DNA of 64,000 bases. It comes from Hormiphora californensis (taxonomy: Eukaryota; Animalia; Ctenophora). A program made the position numbers and the translations under genes. The notes beneath the pieces are model-generated. The model did no database searches. It was not told where the DNA came from and was given only the letters and a program-made list of their open reading frames with translations. Where the stretch lies: NCBI GenBank assembly GCA_020137815.1, contig CM035353.1, positions 6,262,001 through 6,326,000 of the forward strand, in the 5' to 3' direction. Of this stretch, positions 48,391 through 60,600 are shown piece by piece (positions within the stretch are counted from its first letter, which is position 1; the number at the start of each line of letters is the position of its first letter).

Positions 48391-50100
48391 CCGTGTAAAT
48401 TGATAATCGGATGAAAGACGTGCACATGCCTTTTAGTTTTTCGAAGCACACGCGACTGTCACATCACTGTGTCAGTTTTTAGGTAACGTACACATAACAT
48501 ATTATTTGATAAATAAATTGATAAATAATCTCAACTGTTGTACTTAACTTTTAATATACTGCACCACCCACAAATGCATATTATATTATTCATATAGCAT
48601 TATCTCATGCCTTTTTGCATATATCCCTCTTTTCATGTGGTACATTTTGTACAAGCGTTCTTCCCGTGAACGGTCTTGTTTAAGCTGTCTAGCTGCGCCA
48701 ACCCGATCTGTGCGTACTGAGAATCAAAACGTGGCCTGTCGGTCTAATATAGCGTGTTCTTGTCTCGGCTCTGATAAATGGAAAAGTGCATGTACAAATT
48801 ATATGTCACTTATACACAAACACATTAATTGCAACCAGTGCCTAATTGCTCGGAACTACAGCAGTGTATAAACGTGTATATTGTACATATCCGGAGTTCA
48901 TTTCTACATTTTGAGAATACTTTAGTACAGATGCATTTGAACCATACTTACTAGAACATGCTCTTGATGGGTCTTCAATTTCGCGGTTTATTCATTGGAG
49001 TGCACGGTATACTTCAGCTTCTCTCCGTCCTATATTGTCACTTAGCTGTATAAACTATATGTATATCTGTCACATTTTTGAAACACCTGGAATTATATAG
49101 CTACTTTGTTAAAGCTTCGAGCATGTAACGTGTTAAAATGTGTACATATGCTGTAGCTGTAGAGTGTTGGGCGAGGCTGGGAGAGAGACACAGAAAGAGA
49201 GAGAGAGAGAGAGTGAAATAGAGAAAAGAGAGAAAGAGCTAGAAAGACAGAAAAGTAAGAGATCTGGAACATGCATAATTATTGTGATATTTCCTTCCTT
49301 CTTTTATATTTGCTATGGTCTCATGTTCCCTGAAAAACCTCGAGCACCTTATATGTATAACGCAATGTAATGGTAATCATTTGTTATGTTCTAACCCTCC
49401 TTTACATGTGTGTTTCGCGGGCGGGGCGCACGAAACAGAGTCTAGCTATAGGCAAGTAATCATGTAGTCAGCCGCTTTTGCCTTTTGTTGCAGCTGTTGA
49501 AAATTCATGATCCGCTCAATTTGGTGGTGCATGTAGACACATGTGTAGCGAAATTTATATCTAAGACACCTCAGGTTTATGATACTTATGCTCTCTTTTC
49601 GGAGCGTGTTCGTCTCAACGTTGCGCGTCGCGGGTGATCGAGCTAACCCGGGTGGGCGAGCTAACAATAGTGAACTTCCATGCGATATAGTACATCGCGT
49701 GCATGTAATTGCACTATTGTTAGCTTGTTCGCCCGGGTTTGGTACAGTCTGCGACGCGCAGTGTTGAGACGAACACGTTCCGAAAATGCAGGATAATATG
49801 TACATATGAACTATGAACGTTTGTAGACTGGCGCGTTATCAAGTTGGCTGTTCCCAGCGCGAGCTGGGGACAGCCAACTGGAGTTTAATCGCCCGGCAGG
49901 GCGATTAAACTGGTTTAAATCCCGACGCCGATCCCGAGGCGCCAGCCGAGGCCGAGGGTGAGGGGGAGGTGATTTAAACCTATAACGCGATAGGCTAACA
50001 AACGTTCATAGTTTATGAAACCCGATAGTAATTACACACAAATAAGAGACACAACACAAGGTGAAACACACTAGGACTGCTGGCAAATAGTCAACAGGCA

Positions 50101-51409
50101 GATTCACCCCCTGGTGACCTACAAGCCTGTTGACCTACTCTCTGATTGGCCTAATCAGAGACCAGGAGTATGCGATCGGGCGAGTAGGTCATAAGGCCAT
50201 ACAGGTACTCGTTACCTACTGCTGAACTTGATCAATATCATAGTTTTGAATGACAGAAACTAAAACACGTTGTTTCTCAAACAAAAACAAAAAATTCATT
50301 TTATACAATCAGTTTAGATATCCAATATTTTTACAGTACATAACATTCGCAATCCTTCCATAAAATGAAACACTCGTTTGTAGCCTTTTCTCCAGTTGTT
50401 CATATACGGTCTTCCTCTTCTTTGGCGGTAGTGGCTTTCCAGTCAAGATATGCAGGATTATGGTATCTGTTTTAGCATTGAAAGTCCTCAGGATTTCCAA
50501 CAGCCGCGGTATGGAAGGATGAGCGGAAGCTGCAGTATTATTTAAAGCGTTGTTTGAACCCTCAGAGTAGTTGTTAGTCCTTGGGCTGCCAGAAAGGACT
50601 GCATGGAGTGGACGTTCCACATGTTGATCGGGTAGACGGTTGGGTTGTAGATCCATTTCTTCTTCACGTACTCAAGGACAGGTAGAAAGTCAGGTCTTCT
50701 TCCTTCAATGGTTGACTCCGTGGCGAAACCGACAACTCTCTTGCCATTTGGTGTCGTCTCATCTCCAATAATGGCGTCCCTTTGTAAACTTTACAGTGTT
50801 ACAAGCAGGGGATTGGGAGGGAGGAGGTGAAGGAGGAGGTGGAGGAGAAGTAGGAGATGATGAAGGAGGAGGGGATGATGGAGTAGGAAGGGGCGATGGA
50901 GGTGCTATGGCCAGGAAAGAGTCCTCAGCGTTGTTGTAGGTATCCATTGCACAACGAAGTGTATTTGGTAAAGGATATGATGTAGACATAATGATTGATT
51001 GATGACGAGCGTATGGCGTATAGGTTTATATACTATTCACTCTACTCTTGCTCTAGCTTAATGAATGCATTCCTATCATTTTCTTGTTTAGTGTACTACT
51101 CTTGCTCTTAGTGTGTATTGACAGGGTACGATGTACTGTCCAACCAGAGCGATTGATTAACTGATTGGGTTATCCGAATCGATATGAAAATACGCTTAGC
51201 TCTAGCTTCTATGGGTCATTGTCAATGAAACGGGGTCAGATTTCTGATTGGAGAAAAACACTATGATCAGTGTGATTGGTATGCCACACCTTGGAGTAGG
51301 TCACCAGGCTGGTAGGTAATTGCGACTTTTGGTCGCCGTGACCTACTGGTCCCGTAATTAGGTTTTACAGGAGTAGGTCACCAGGCTAGTAGGTCACCAG
51401 GGGATGCAC
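50101..51409 (-). mobile_element. Internally deleted MULE/Mutator element with transposase remnant
   Basis: 9-bp TSD CAACAGGCA (50092-50100, 51410-51418). TIR CCCCTGGTGACCTAC... ORF 50309-50656 contains PRTNNYSEGSNNALN...HPSIPRLLEIL, the MULE C-terminal motif. Confidence 0.9.
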
Positions 51410-51786
51410 CAACAGGCACTCTCAAAATGTGTGTAGACTTAGTGTCTACTGTTCCTAACATGTTTGAGAAAGAGAGAGAAAGATTAGGGGCAAAACACAC
51501 AGTGAGAGATATTGAACAGTAAAAGAGAGAATGAGAGAGAGAAACGAATGGAATGCGACTATTTTGCCTCTGGATGAGAGAGATAACATTGAAAAGTGTT
51601 GAAGATGTGTTCCCCTCTCTGTTATTGACAGAACTGTGTGTTTACACACATTTTCATTACTTGGAAATTTACACGCATGTTATGGAAATGAAGAGAAACG
51701 CGTGAAAATGGGCACTGGTCTGATAAATAGCGAGCAGGGTGTTAAATCCCCCAGTGCGCGTAAAATGTTCAAACGACTGATAAATC

Positions 51787-52440
51787 TTGGTGACATAGAC
51801 ACCGTGCGCGACCAAGATTGAGCTCACACACAGGTGTCTGCTCCGCCTCAAAAAGGGTCGTTTCTTTCAAGGGATGTTGCACGCGATCCACTGGACCGAT
51901 TTGCATCCGGTTTGTCGCAAAGGACTACATATGATCCTAATATACTGGAAAATACCCGAGAAGTTTGTCTGTCAACAGGAAGTGGGTCAAAATTGACACT
52001 GAAGTCAAATCTATATTCTGGCTTCCGAGAGTTTCTGCACTACGCCCATGCGATTTAGAAGATATTGGGAGATATGTTGATGCAATTAGCATCAGCTATT
52101 AATGCCGGGTATTTTCCAGTACTCACAAGAGTTCAACCTATCTTCTGATACCCTCAGATTCATTCTAAACCGTCTGGGAGTGATGCAAAAAGGCTCAGAA
52201 GCCAGATTACAGATTTGACTTCAGTGTCAATTTTGACCCACTTCCTGTTGCCAGACAAACTTCTCGGGTATTTTCCAGTATATTAGGATCAATTTGTAGT
52301 CTTTTGCGACAAACCGGATGCAAATCGGTCCAGTGGATCGCGTGCAATTTGGCTTGAAAGACACGACCCTTTTTTAGGGGGCGGAGCGGACACCTATGTG
52401 CGAGCTCGATCTCGCACACACTAGGTGTCAATGTCACCAA
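51787..52440. mobile_element. MULE-type MITE with long TIRs
   Basis: 9-bp TSD TGATAAATC (51778-51786, 52441-52449). Termini TTGGTGACAT / ATGTCACCAA; ~220-bp inverted arms. Confidence 0.9.
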
Positions 52441-52546
52441 TGATAAATCAGCTATCGGGTTTCATAGTATCATAAACTTTATATCCTGTTATTATCACAT
52501 ACCCGCGGCCACTATCAGATATTTGTACCAATATAATTACAGTGGA

Positions 52547-55500
52547 ATGTCAGAGAGTGAGAAAGAGCCCCTAACTCCAGGGTTTGATACCCTCTCCTTC
52601 ACCGGGGTAGCGGCTAATAGTAGCACCGGCCATGGGGCGAGCTCAGACACAGAGGCGGACAAACAGGCTGGACCCGCAAAGTTCCAATATGAACCTGGTA
52701 TGTGAACTAGGTTGATAGGTGTACCAGAAAACTCTAGATACCATTGTCAGACACTGTCTGTACCTACATCGCGCAACCTTGATGCTACGCGGCCTCACGT
52801 AGCCGCAAGAGGAGCGTCTTATATGAGACAAAGATACCATGATACATCATGCAGATTGTCACATGTAGTTACTTGATTTGTGAAGTCATATACAATATTA
52901 TACATTATGATATTCGCAGGTGTGATCCGTAAGATGAAGAAAAGCGCCAAGTACAGCACCACCAACCCTGACGTGTTCGAGCAGGGACGAACACCCTCTC
53001 GTCCTGTCTCAGTCGCCTCCCTCAACCTATCCGATGAGGAGCTGGGCTCAAATAAAGAGGAAAAGTTCAACAACCTACACAAGCCTGTCCTGTTCCTCAA
53101 ATCGTGTCCCTCTCCCGCTACATTTCTCCACAAGAAGATTCAGCCTGATCCAGATTGTCTCCTGGGGAAACTGTCCATGTTGGAAAGCATAATCAGCGAT
53201 ATACAGGTACGTGACGTTCAAACTTCACACATGCAGTGGATCTATCGATTGATAAACGACTGATAAATGAAAAAAAAATCGTTCAATGTTCATTTATGAC
53301 CTGAAGTCACTCACACTTCATATACCTGGCGAATGTATTCATATGATTTGCTTAAAGCCCCTTTCCACCAGCTGTATGGCGGCGAAAGGCCCCGATTTGA
53401 TTCTCAGTGCGCTCAGTTGGGTTCTGCGGCGCCAGACAATTTCCACCTGACTATATAAAGCCACATCTAGGTGATAGAACTTTCTGTTTCGGCAGCAAAT
53501 AACAACGTTCTTGAGTACACTTGAAAGCAAATTGAACAGTTTCGAGATCATGCATAAAACGCTTTGGAGCAATGTTATAAATAGCCAGTATATTTAATGT
53601 TATACCCTATTATACTGGAAGGTTGACCATGACTTTCAATTAAAGCCAGATGGTCTTGAGGGATGATGGATTAAATCCATCATTGGATTTGGAACAGGAC
53701 AGGAGCTGGACAGAAGTTGGCTGGATGAGAATGCTGAGTACTGGGAATGAATGGTGGCGGTGGCGGTAAGAATTTGCTGAAATATCGTTCAATGTCCTCA
53801 TCGCCACTCAAACAATCCTCTTCCCCGGACCCTAATTTACTGGTTTCAGCTAACAATTGGAAGAGAAAACCATAATCGTCAGGAGAAACTGATATTTTCA
53901 AGATGTCTAACACTTTCTCGTAAACCACCTTATCCAGACGTTGACATTTCGATAGAGCAGATGGGTTTAAAAGCTGCTTCTCATCTCTAGTTAGTTTGTG
54001 TGGTCGAGGTTTATTACCGATATCCTCTGCTAGACACATGTACAAGACGGGCGTTGCAGGCCCGGCTAGGTAACTACAAACCTCGCTATCAACAGGCCCC
54101 CTGGGGCTAGCTGTCATGACCGCACGGATTAGAGCCGACCTGAGATCCGGAGATTGCCTCTTTAAGCCAGCATCTAAGGCCTTAACCAGCTTTTTATCAC
54201 GCCGTTCCTTCAATAGGTAGCCAGCTTCTCCGAACAGTTGACGGGCATCACGTACTGAACCGGTATTGATACACATATCACAGAAAAACAGGAGGCACTC
54301 TTTAGTTATCCATTCCACCTTGAAAACAATGCTGATTTTATTGAGTTCACGGAAAGTGCATTTGTTTAGCTTTCCCTCAACAGAACCGGAGTAGCAACAG
54401 TCAACAAAACAGTTGACCCCCTCAGCGGTAAAGTCTGTCATGTCCAACTCAACCAGGAAATCCTTCTCTGCCATCTCAGAAATCAAGAGACTGTTCATGG
54501 TCAGTACAAGGGAGTTTGCCTTCACCTCCTCCCCATCACTAGTCGTCATTGTGACGTCATTGAGACCTTTGTAACCGCGGAGTAGGGTACCGAAGTTAAC
54601 AGGGGCAGTTAGTTGATCGCTGACACTATTAGGGACACTGGGCTGATTGCTGACACTAGTGGGAACACCGTAGAGTTGATTTCCTGAATTAGAGGGAAAA
54701 CTGGGTTGATTTCCTGAATTAGAGGGAAAACTGGGTTGATTTCCTGAATGAGAGGGAAAACTGGGTTGATTTCCCGAATTAGAGGGAAAACTGGGTTGAT
54801 TTCCCGAATTAGAGGGAAAACTGGGTTGATTTTGAAACCAAAAACCAAAACCTTGCGCAGTAGACCGAGAATAGGCCATTGATCTAGTAAAATTGTGTCA
54901 TTTGCATTTTGCTATCAGTGTTTTAGGTCGGGACCTTATGGTTTCAATCCACAACAACTTGCTGATACTAGATTGAATGTCGCAACAGTATTTGCTGTCG
55001 CGATTAGAAAAAGCAACAGATCGACAAAGAATCCAACAAAGAATTTAGCTAGAACAAAGAGTTATTATTTAGCTAGAATGGACAGCAGGAGGATTGGTAA
55101 TACACAACTAACACACATTTTCCTTCCGTGTTATGGCATTAGAGGGCAGAATGCTAGGAAACGGGATCTACGTTACACAAACAAACTTAGAAACAGGGAC
55201 CTAAGATACAATACTAAAACAGGCTTGGTTCGAGGTCTGATAACAGCGCACACCAGGCCTGTTTAATTTCGGTCTGTTAACAGCGCACAACAGGACTGTT
55301 TCGGTCTGTTAACAGCGCACAACATGCCTGTTTCGGTCTGTTAACAGCGCACAACAGGCCTGTTTCGCTCTGTTTACAGCGCACAACAGGCTTGGTTCGA
55401 GGTCTGATAACAGCGCACACCAGGCCTGTTTCGGTCTGTTAACAGTACAGAACAGGCCTGTTTCAGTCTGTTAACAGCGCACACCAGGCCTGTTTCGGCC

Positions 55501-56306
55501 TGTTAATAGTACACACCAGGCCTGTTTTGGTCTGTTAACAGCGCACAACAGGCCTGTTTCGGTCTGTTAACAGCGCACAACAGGCATGTTTCGGTCTGTT
55601 AACAGCGCACAACAGGCCTGTTTCGGTCTGTTAACAGGACAGAGCAGGCATGTTACACTTGGTTCGAGGTCTGTTAACAGCGCACACCAGGCCTGTTTCG
55701 GTCTGATAACAGCGCACAGAACAGGCCTGTTTCGGTCTATTAACAGCGCACAACAGGCATGTTACAGTCTGTTAACAGTACAGAACAGGCATGTTTCGGT
55801 CTGTTAACAGCGCACAACAGTGTTGTTTCGGACTGAAAATTGATCAAAAGTAAATGCTGTATCTATCATATTTGCGCTATGAATTGCTGGCAGTCATTCC
55901 AAAATGTTATTTTATACATGCACATTTTACATGCACATTATATCACCAGCTTGGTATAATAGCTTGTCTTCCTCGCTCTCTTTCTCTCTGCCTCCCTCTC
56001 TCCCTCTCTCTCTGCCTCTCTCTCTGCCTCTCTCTCTCTCCCTTCCTCCCTAAAGGAACTCTTCTCCTACAGGGTGCTCGTTTAGAGGACAGAGTCTGTC
56101 AGAAGTGTGGTTTTCAACACCACCAGACAGAGCGGTGCCTCCACTTTGATGCCTTTGAAAGTGACAATAGCGAGGAGGCGGAGGTTCACTGCAATCCCAT
56201 CTTCGCTCAGAGTCAGGAACAGAGCATCAGCAAGATGAAGAGCAAGAAGAAGATCAAGAAGAGAAGGAAGGTCCGACCTGGCCGCGATAGTGATAGTGAC
56301 GGATGA
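52547..56306 (+). CDS. Uncharacterised 3-exon protein (52547-52697, 52920-53206, 56073-56306) with a CxxC-H motif and Lys/Arg-rich NLS-like tail
   Basis: Phase-compatible GT-AG junctions: MSESEKEP...QYEPG|VIRKMKK...ISDIQ|GARLEDRVCQKCGFQHHQTERC...KKKIKKRRKVRPGRDSDSDG*. A phase-0 alternative last exon 53372-53458 is also possible. Confidence 0.6.
53680..54879 (-). CDS. Intronless BTB/POZ-domain protein with N-terminal (NQPSFPSNSG)x5 repeat
   Basis: 399-aa ORF. DVTMTTSDGEEVKANSLVLTMNS...LDMTDFTAEGVNCFVDCCYSG has the BTB pattern. 30-nt coding tandem repeat at ~54675-54830. Confidence 0.85.
   Translation of the reverse strand: MAYSRSTAQGFGFWFQNQPSFPSNSGNQPSFPSNSGNQPSFPSHSGNQPSFPSNSGNQPSFPSNSGNQLYGVPTSVSNQPSVPNSVSDQLTAPVNFGTLLRGYKGLNDVTMTTSDGEEVKANSLVLTMNSLLISEMAEKDFLVELDMTDFTAEGVNCFVDCCYSGSVEGKLNKCTFRELNKISIVFKVEWITKECLLFFCDMCINTGSVRDARQLFGEAGYLLKERRDKKLVKALDAGLKRQSPDLRSALIRAVMTASPRGPVDSEVCSYLAGPATPVLYMCLAEDIGNKPRPHKLTRDEKQLLNPSALSKCQRLDKVVYEKVLDILKISVSPDDYGFLFQLLAETSKLGSGEEDCLSGDEDIERYFSKFLPPPPPFIPSTQHSHPANFCPAPVLFQIQ
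55219..55832. repeat. ~30-bp minisatellite (CAGGCCTGTTTCGGTCTGTTAACAGCGCACAA)
   Basis: About 19 degenerate copies upstream of the BTB gene. Confidence 0.95.
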
Positions 56307-56489
56307 ACTGGATGAAGGACATACTCACACACATCTTCAATCAAGCTATAGGAACCCGAACAATCGGATAACATATTTGAAAATGATGCAATGTGTCGAT
56401 ATACATCGAACTTTTAGTTTGTAAAAAGTGGGACGTTCTGTAATCTGTAAATATGTATAATTGACTGGCCATGGGATTCATGATTGAGT

Positions 56490-56495
56490 CGAGAG

Positions 56496-56547
<52 letters not shown>

Positions 56548-56560
56548 CGGGAGATAGAGA

Positions 56561-56649
<89 letters not shown>

Positions 56650-56668
56650 GGAGGGAGATAGAGAGAGG

Positions 56669-56728
<60 letters not shown>
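56490..56728. repeat. (GA)n microsatellite
   Basis: Directly visible. Confidence 0.95.
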
Positions 56729-56731
<3 letters not shown>

Positions 56732-57665
56732 GGACTGCATGATGCCTTTGTAAATATCCTGATGCCGGCCTTTGAGGTATTTTTAAACCATGTTCTGTTA
56801 TTTTTTTGAGAATTTTTAGCTTGCCCTTTTGTAAAACAAGAATATTAATACGACAATCGAATTAAGTGGTGGAAAAAGAAAAAAGGAATGACAATTAACA
56901 TGTTCACATTTTCAACGTTCTGATATGAAATATCCCCGATGATTATTTCATCACATATTAAATAAATATCCCACTCCCATATTGTCACGATGCTGTCACA
57001 GTTACACACATGGTCCATCACATGGTCCATCACATGTCGCCGGTATTGGCTGAACTTCAAAAATCAGGACAAAACTGTTCATCACACACGCGATATTAAA
57101 GTAGCAATAGATAATAACCTGAATATATTGGATATATTTTCAAACTTTGTGATGGTGTCACATATCGCGGACAAATAAATCTACAACAAGTAACACTCTC
57201 TTCTCTCTCTCTGGTAAACACACACACACAAGTCTCTTACATATAAATTCTTAATAAATATTAAAATTCATCGATATTATATAGTACGCGGGAAAACCAG
57301 TAAACAATACAATGAGAGCTTTGGTTACAAAAAACTCACAAATCTTGGCTCTATAACAAGCCTAGAAACTTTTTCAAAATGTAACACCCACATATTAAAT
57401 ATTTGATAACTCTTATCGTTTTCTAACTAAATCTGTTAAAGTAGCGGCCAACTAAGCTGACCTTTACAAATATATTTCCGCTCTGTATTATAGAAATTCA
57501 TTAAAATGTTAAATTTATGAAAACAATATCAGGTGCTAATTGCCATCTAGGCACACTCATTATAGAAAAACCTCGTCTGAATTACTGCCTACAACAAAAT
57601 GCTAACACTAAATTGCAAAACATTCAGTAACCTGCTAGTAACACTACTAGTAACACTGTTTGGTA

Positions 57666-60600
57666 CTACACAAAACTATCATGACACTTTTGAAATCTAA
57701 CTTGTCTTAGTTTACTATCGCCCCTATTATTGGTGTCTCTAATGGAACTTCCCGCTGTACTGAGAGGCTTTTTGAAGAGAGAGTCATCAGAAGACACCCA
57801 ACTAGGACTCCCCTCATTATTGTTTTTATGAAGGAGCACGGTAGACATATCGCTGGAAGAAGGCGGTGTGGCACTGTGAACTCCACTCTCGTTACTATGG
57901 GAACATTCCCTCATCTCTGGGGAGCAGAACAGGGATTCAGGAAGCCGTGCAGCCCCAGATCCACCCGTACCAGGTCTACTGCAGGTCAAGTGATCGGTAA
58001 TTGGTGAGCCTGGTCCGTAGCATAGCTTGGATTCCGATACAGAATACTTCCCCTCCGAGCCGTGTAACAAGTCCACACCCTTCACGGCCGCAAAGTTATT
58101 GGCGGATGTTGACAGTTTACCGTTACTTCCGTCCTTGTCGAAGAACGAAGCGGATATTATGTCATCGGGAAGGTGTTCTGGTATGGAAGGACAGTAGCTG
58201 CCGCATTCCATCACGTTGTACTTATACTGTTGCTGTTTTGAGAGACGAGAGTTAACCGTTTCAGAGGAGAGGTGTTGGAGAGATCGGTTATCTACCGAGC
58301 GAAGCGAAGCTGGAGCTGGGGCAAACTTTGAACTGAAACATGGTTTTAGATTAGATATGGACTAGAATTTTGTCCATGTCCTAGCTATCTTGTAGATAAT
58401 TTACTTCCCCTCACCTTTTCAAGTCAGCAATTACTCTCTTGTATTGGCCCTTGCTTCTCCTCTGGTACTTAACAAAACAAACTAGAACCAAGACCAGGGT
58501 CAGGAATGCAGCAGCAAAGAATATTATCAGGTATCGTGCACGTCTGGATATTGTCTCGTTTTGTAGAACCTGCGGAAAGAGGATGATATATTTTCATTTT
58601 TCAAATATGTACCACAAACTGCACGTGCAAAATCAAATACAACAAACTGCACGTGCAAAATCAAATACCACAAACTGCACGTACAACATCAAATACCACA
58701 ATTACTGCACGTGCAACATCAACTACCACAAACTGCACGTGCAACGTACCTGCTCCAGCTGGTCGACCACATCTCCTGTACTCCGAATGTGGATATCCAC
58801 CTTGGCGGTAGTGTTCTGTGGGGAGGGGCCACCCCGGTCCCTCGCCAGTACAACCAGTGTGTAGGTGGAGAGAAGAGAGGAGATGGAGGGTAGATCCACT
58901 GCAACACGAATCTCACCAGTGTTCAGGTCAATTCTGTAGAGGGGGGGGGTGTGTTATATGTGACAGTGTTGTAACTATAGTGTTGAAAATATAGTGTTGA
59001 AACTAGTGCTGAAAATCAATCTAAATACTGTTACAGTACACCACATATAATATCTTCTGCACTCACTCGAACATATCACTGTGTTGTGATGGTTGAAGGG
59101 TATAGTACACCTCCCCATTGACCCCACTATCTGCATCCCGGGCCAATGCCACGCCCACACTCCCACCCACCAGGGTACTGTCCAAGAGGTCAAAGGTAAA
59201 GGAATGTTGGAGAAAGAGAGGAGCGTTATCGTTTGTATCAATCACACTGAATACAGGGGTGTTATGTAACTATATCAAGTATCATCAGTACAAATTATAT
59301 TTGTACATAGAATTTCTTCTACAAAATGTCAAAATACATTTCACGTGCAGTATACTTCAACAATTGTAACTTGTATTAGTAAGTACTTGACTTAAATAAC
59401 TACCTGATAGTGACAGTAGCTTGTTGGTATTGAGAAGGGTTCACCCTGTTGAAGGCCCGTACACCCAGCGTGTACTGAGTTCTAGATTCATAATCTAATC
59501 CCCTCTTAGCGGAGATCGCCCCAGTGTGGGGGTCCATGGTGAAGGGGGCTTCATCTTGGTCAACTAGCACGTACTCTACTATACCGTGGACACCTACAGG
59601 AGAGAGATTTGTTATTTAGTACTTTTTAGATGAAATAAATACCCATCACACACTAACGCAATTGTTAACGGATGATGATTTTTGAAAAGATGTTAATTGC
59701 ATGGCATCGCTCTGACCCTTTCTCGCGTGCATCGTGCTTCGCGGAACATGGGCTGATAACCTACCAGTATCGATATCAGAGGCAGAGACAACTGCAACGT
59801 GTCCTTTAACCCCCTCAACCACAGAGAAATGGTAACTGGAGGCGGTGAAGTAGGGGAGGTTATCGTTAACATCTGTTACCCTAACGATAACGGCAGTTAA
59901 CCCCTGTCTACCGAGGTCATCTGTAGCTTCAACCACTACCGTGTGTCGATCTCGGGTTTCTCTGCAGAGGTAATAGTATTATTACAAACACTAGCGTAAT
60001 GAGGTATACTATAGTGGTACACTCTTAATCATAATGATTAATTAAACTAATTACCGGGTCGAGACTTTATAAATATATATAAGTGATGTATAATTATCAG
60101 TACCATGACAAGGTTGCAACTGACCTATCAAGAGCTTCCTTCAGACTAACAACTCCACTGTTCTCATCCACACTAAACATGCCACTAGTGTGCCTGGTCA
60201 GCTGGCTCAGAGTGTACTTGATAGCCCCTTTGTAGGTCTCATCTTGGCTCTCTGCCATCACCGTTAATAGGTGTCGCCCCGGTTCAAGGGTCTCTGGGAT
60301 GTCAACCGTGTACTCCTAGATATGAAATAGGGGAGTTAACGATTCTAATTGATATTGATAATAACATATCAACAGTATATGTTAATAATGTTAACAATAA
60401 TTACATAATTAACAAATTATCTCCTACCTGTGAGGTGAAAGATGGTTTCAGGTGGATGGTATTCAGACTGCCCACCAGGATGGTTACAACACACATCTCA
60501 CTATTACCCGGACTACCCCCATCCACTGCTTCAATCTTAATGTTCACAGTCTCGTTCATCATACCTGGATAGGTGCAGGTTAGATTGAGGGGAGGATTGG

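Larger units (their letters stand above)
49807..52466. mobile_element. Crypton-like repeat, copy 2, carrying two nested MULE insertions
   Basis: TGAACTATGAACGTTTGT (49807) pairs with ACAAACGTTCATAGTTTA (~49998). The adjacent TATGAAACCCGATAG pairs with CTATCGGGTTTCATA (52452-52466). The body matches 30009-30778 once the inserts are removed. Confidence 0.65.

Noticed and set aside
49411-49445. Second Helitron 3' end (GTTTCGCG...CACGAAAC hairpin then CTAG)
   Set aside because: The stem is imperfect, CTAG is followed by C rather than T, and no matching 5' end was found.
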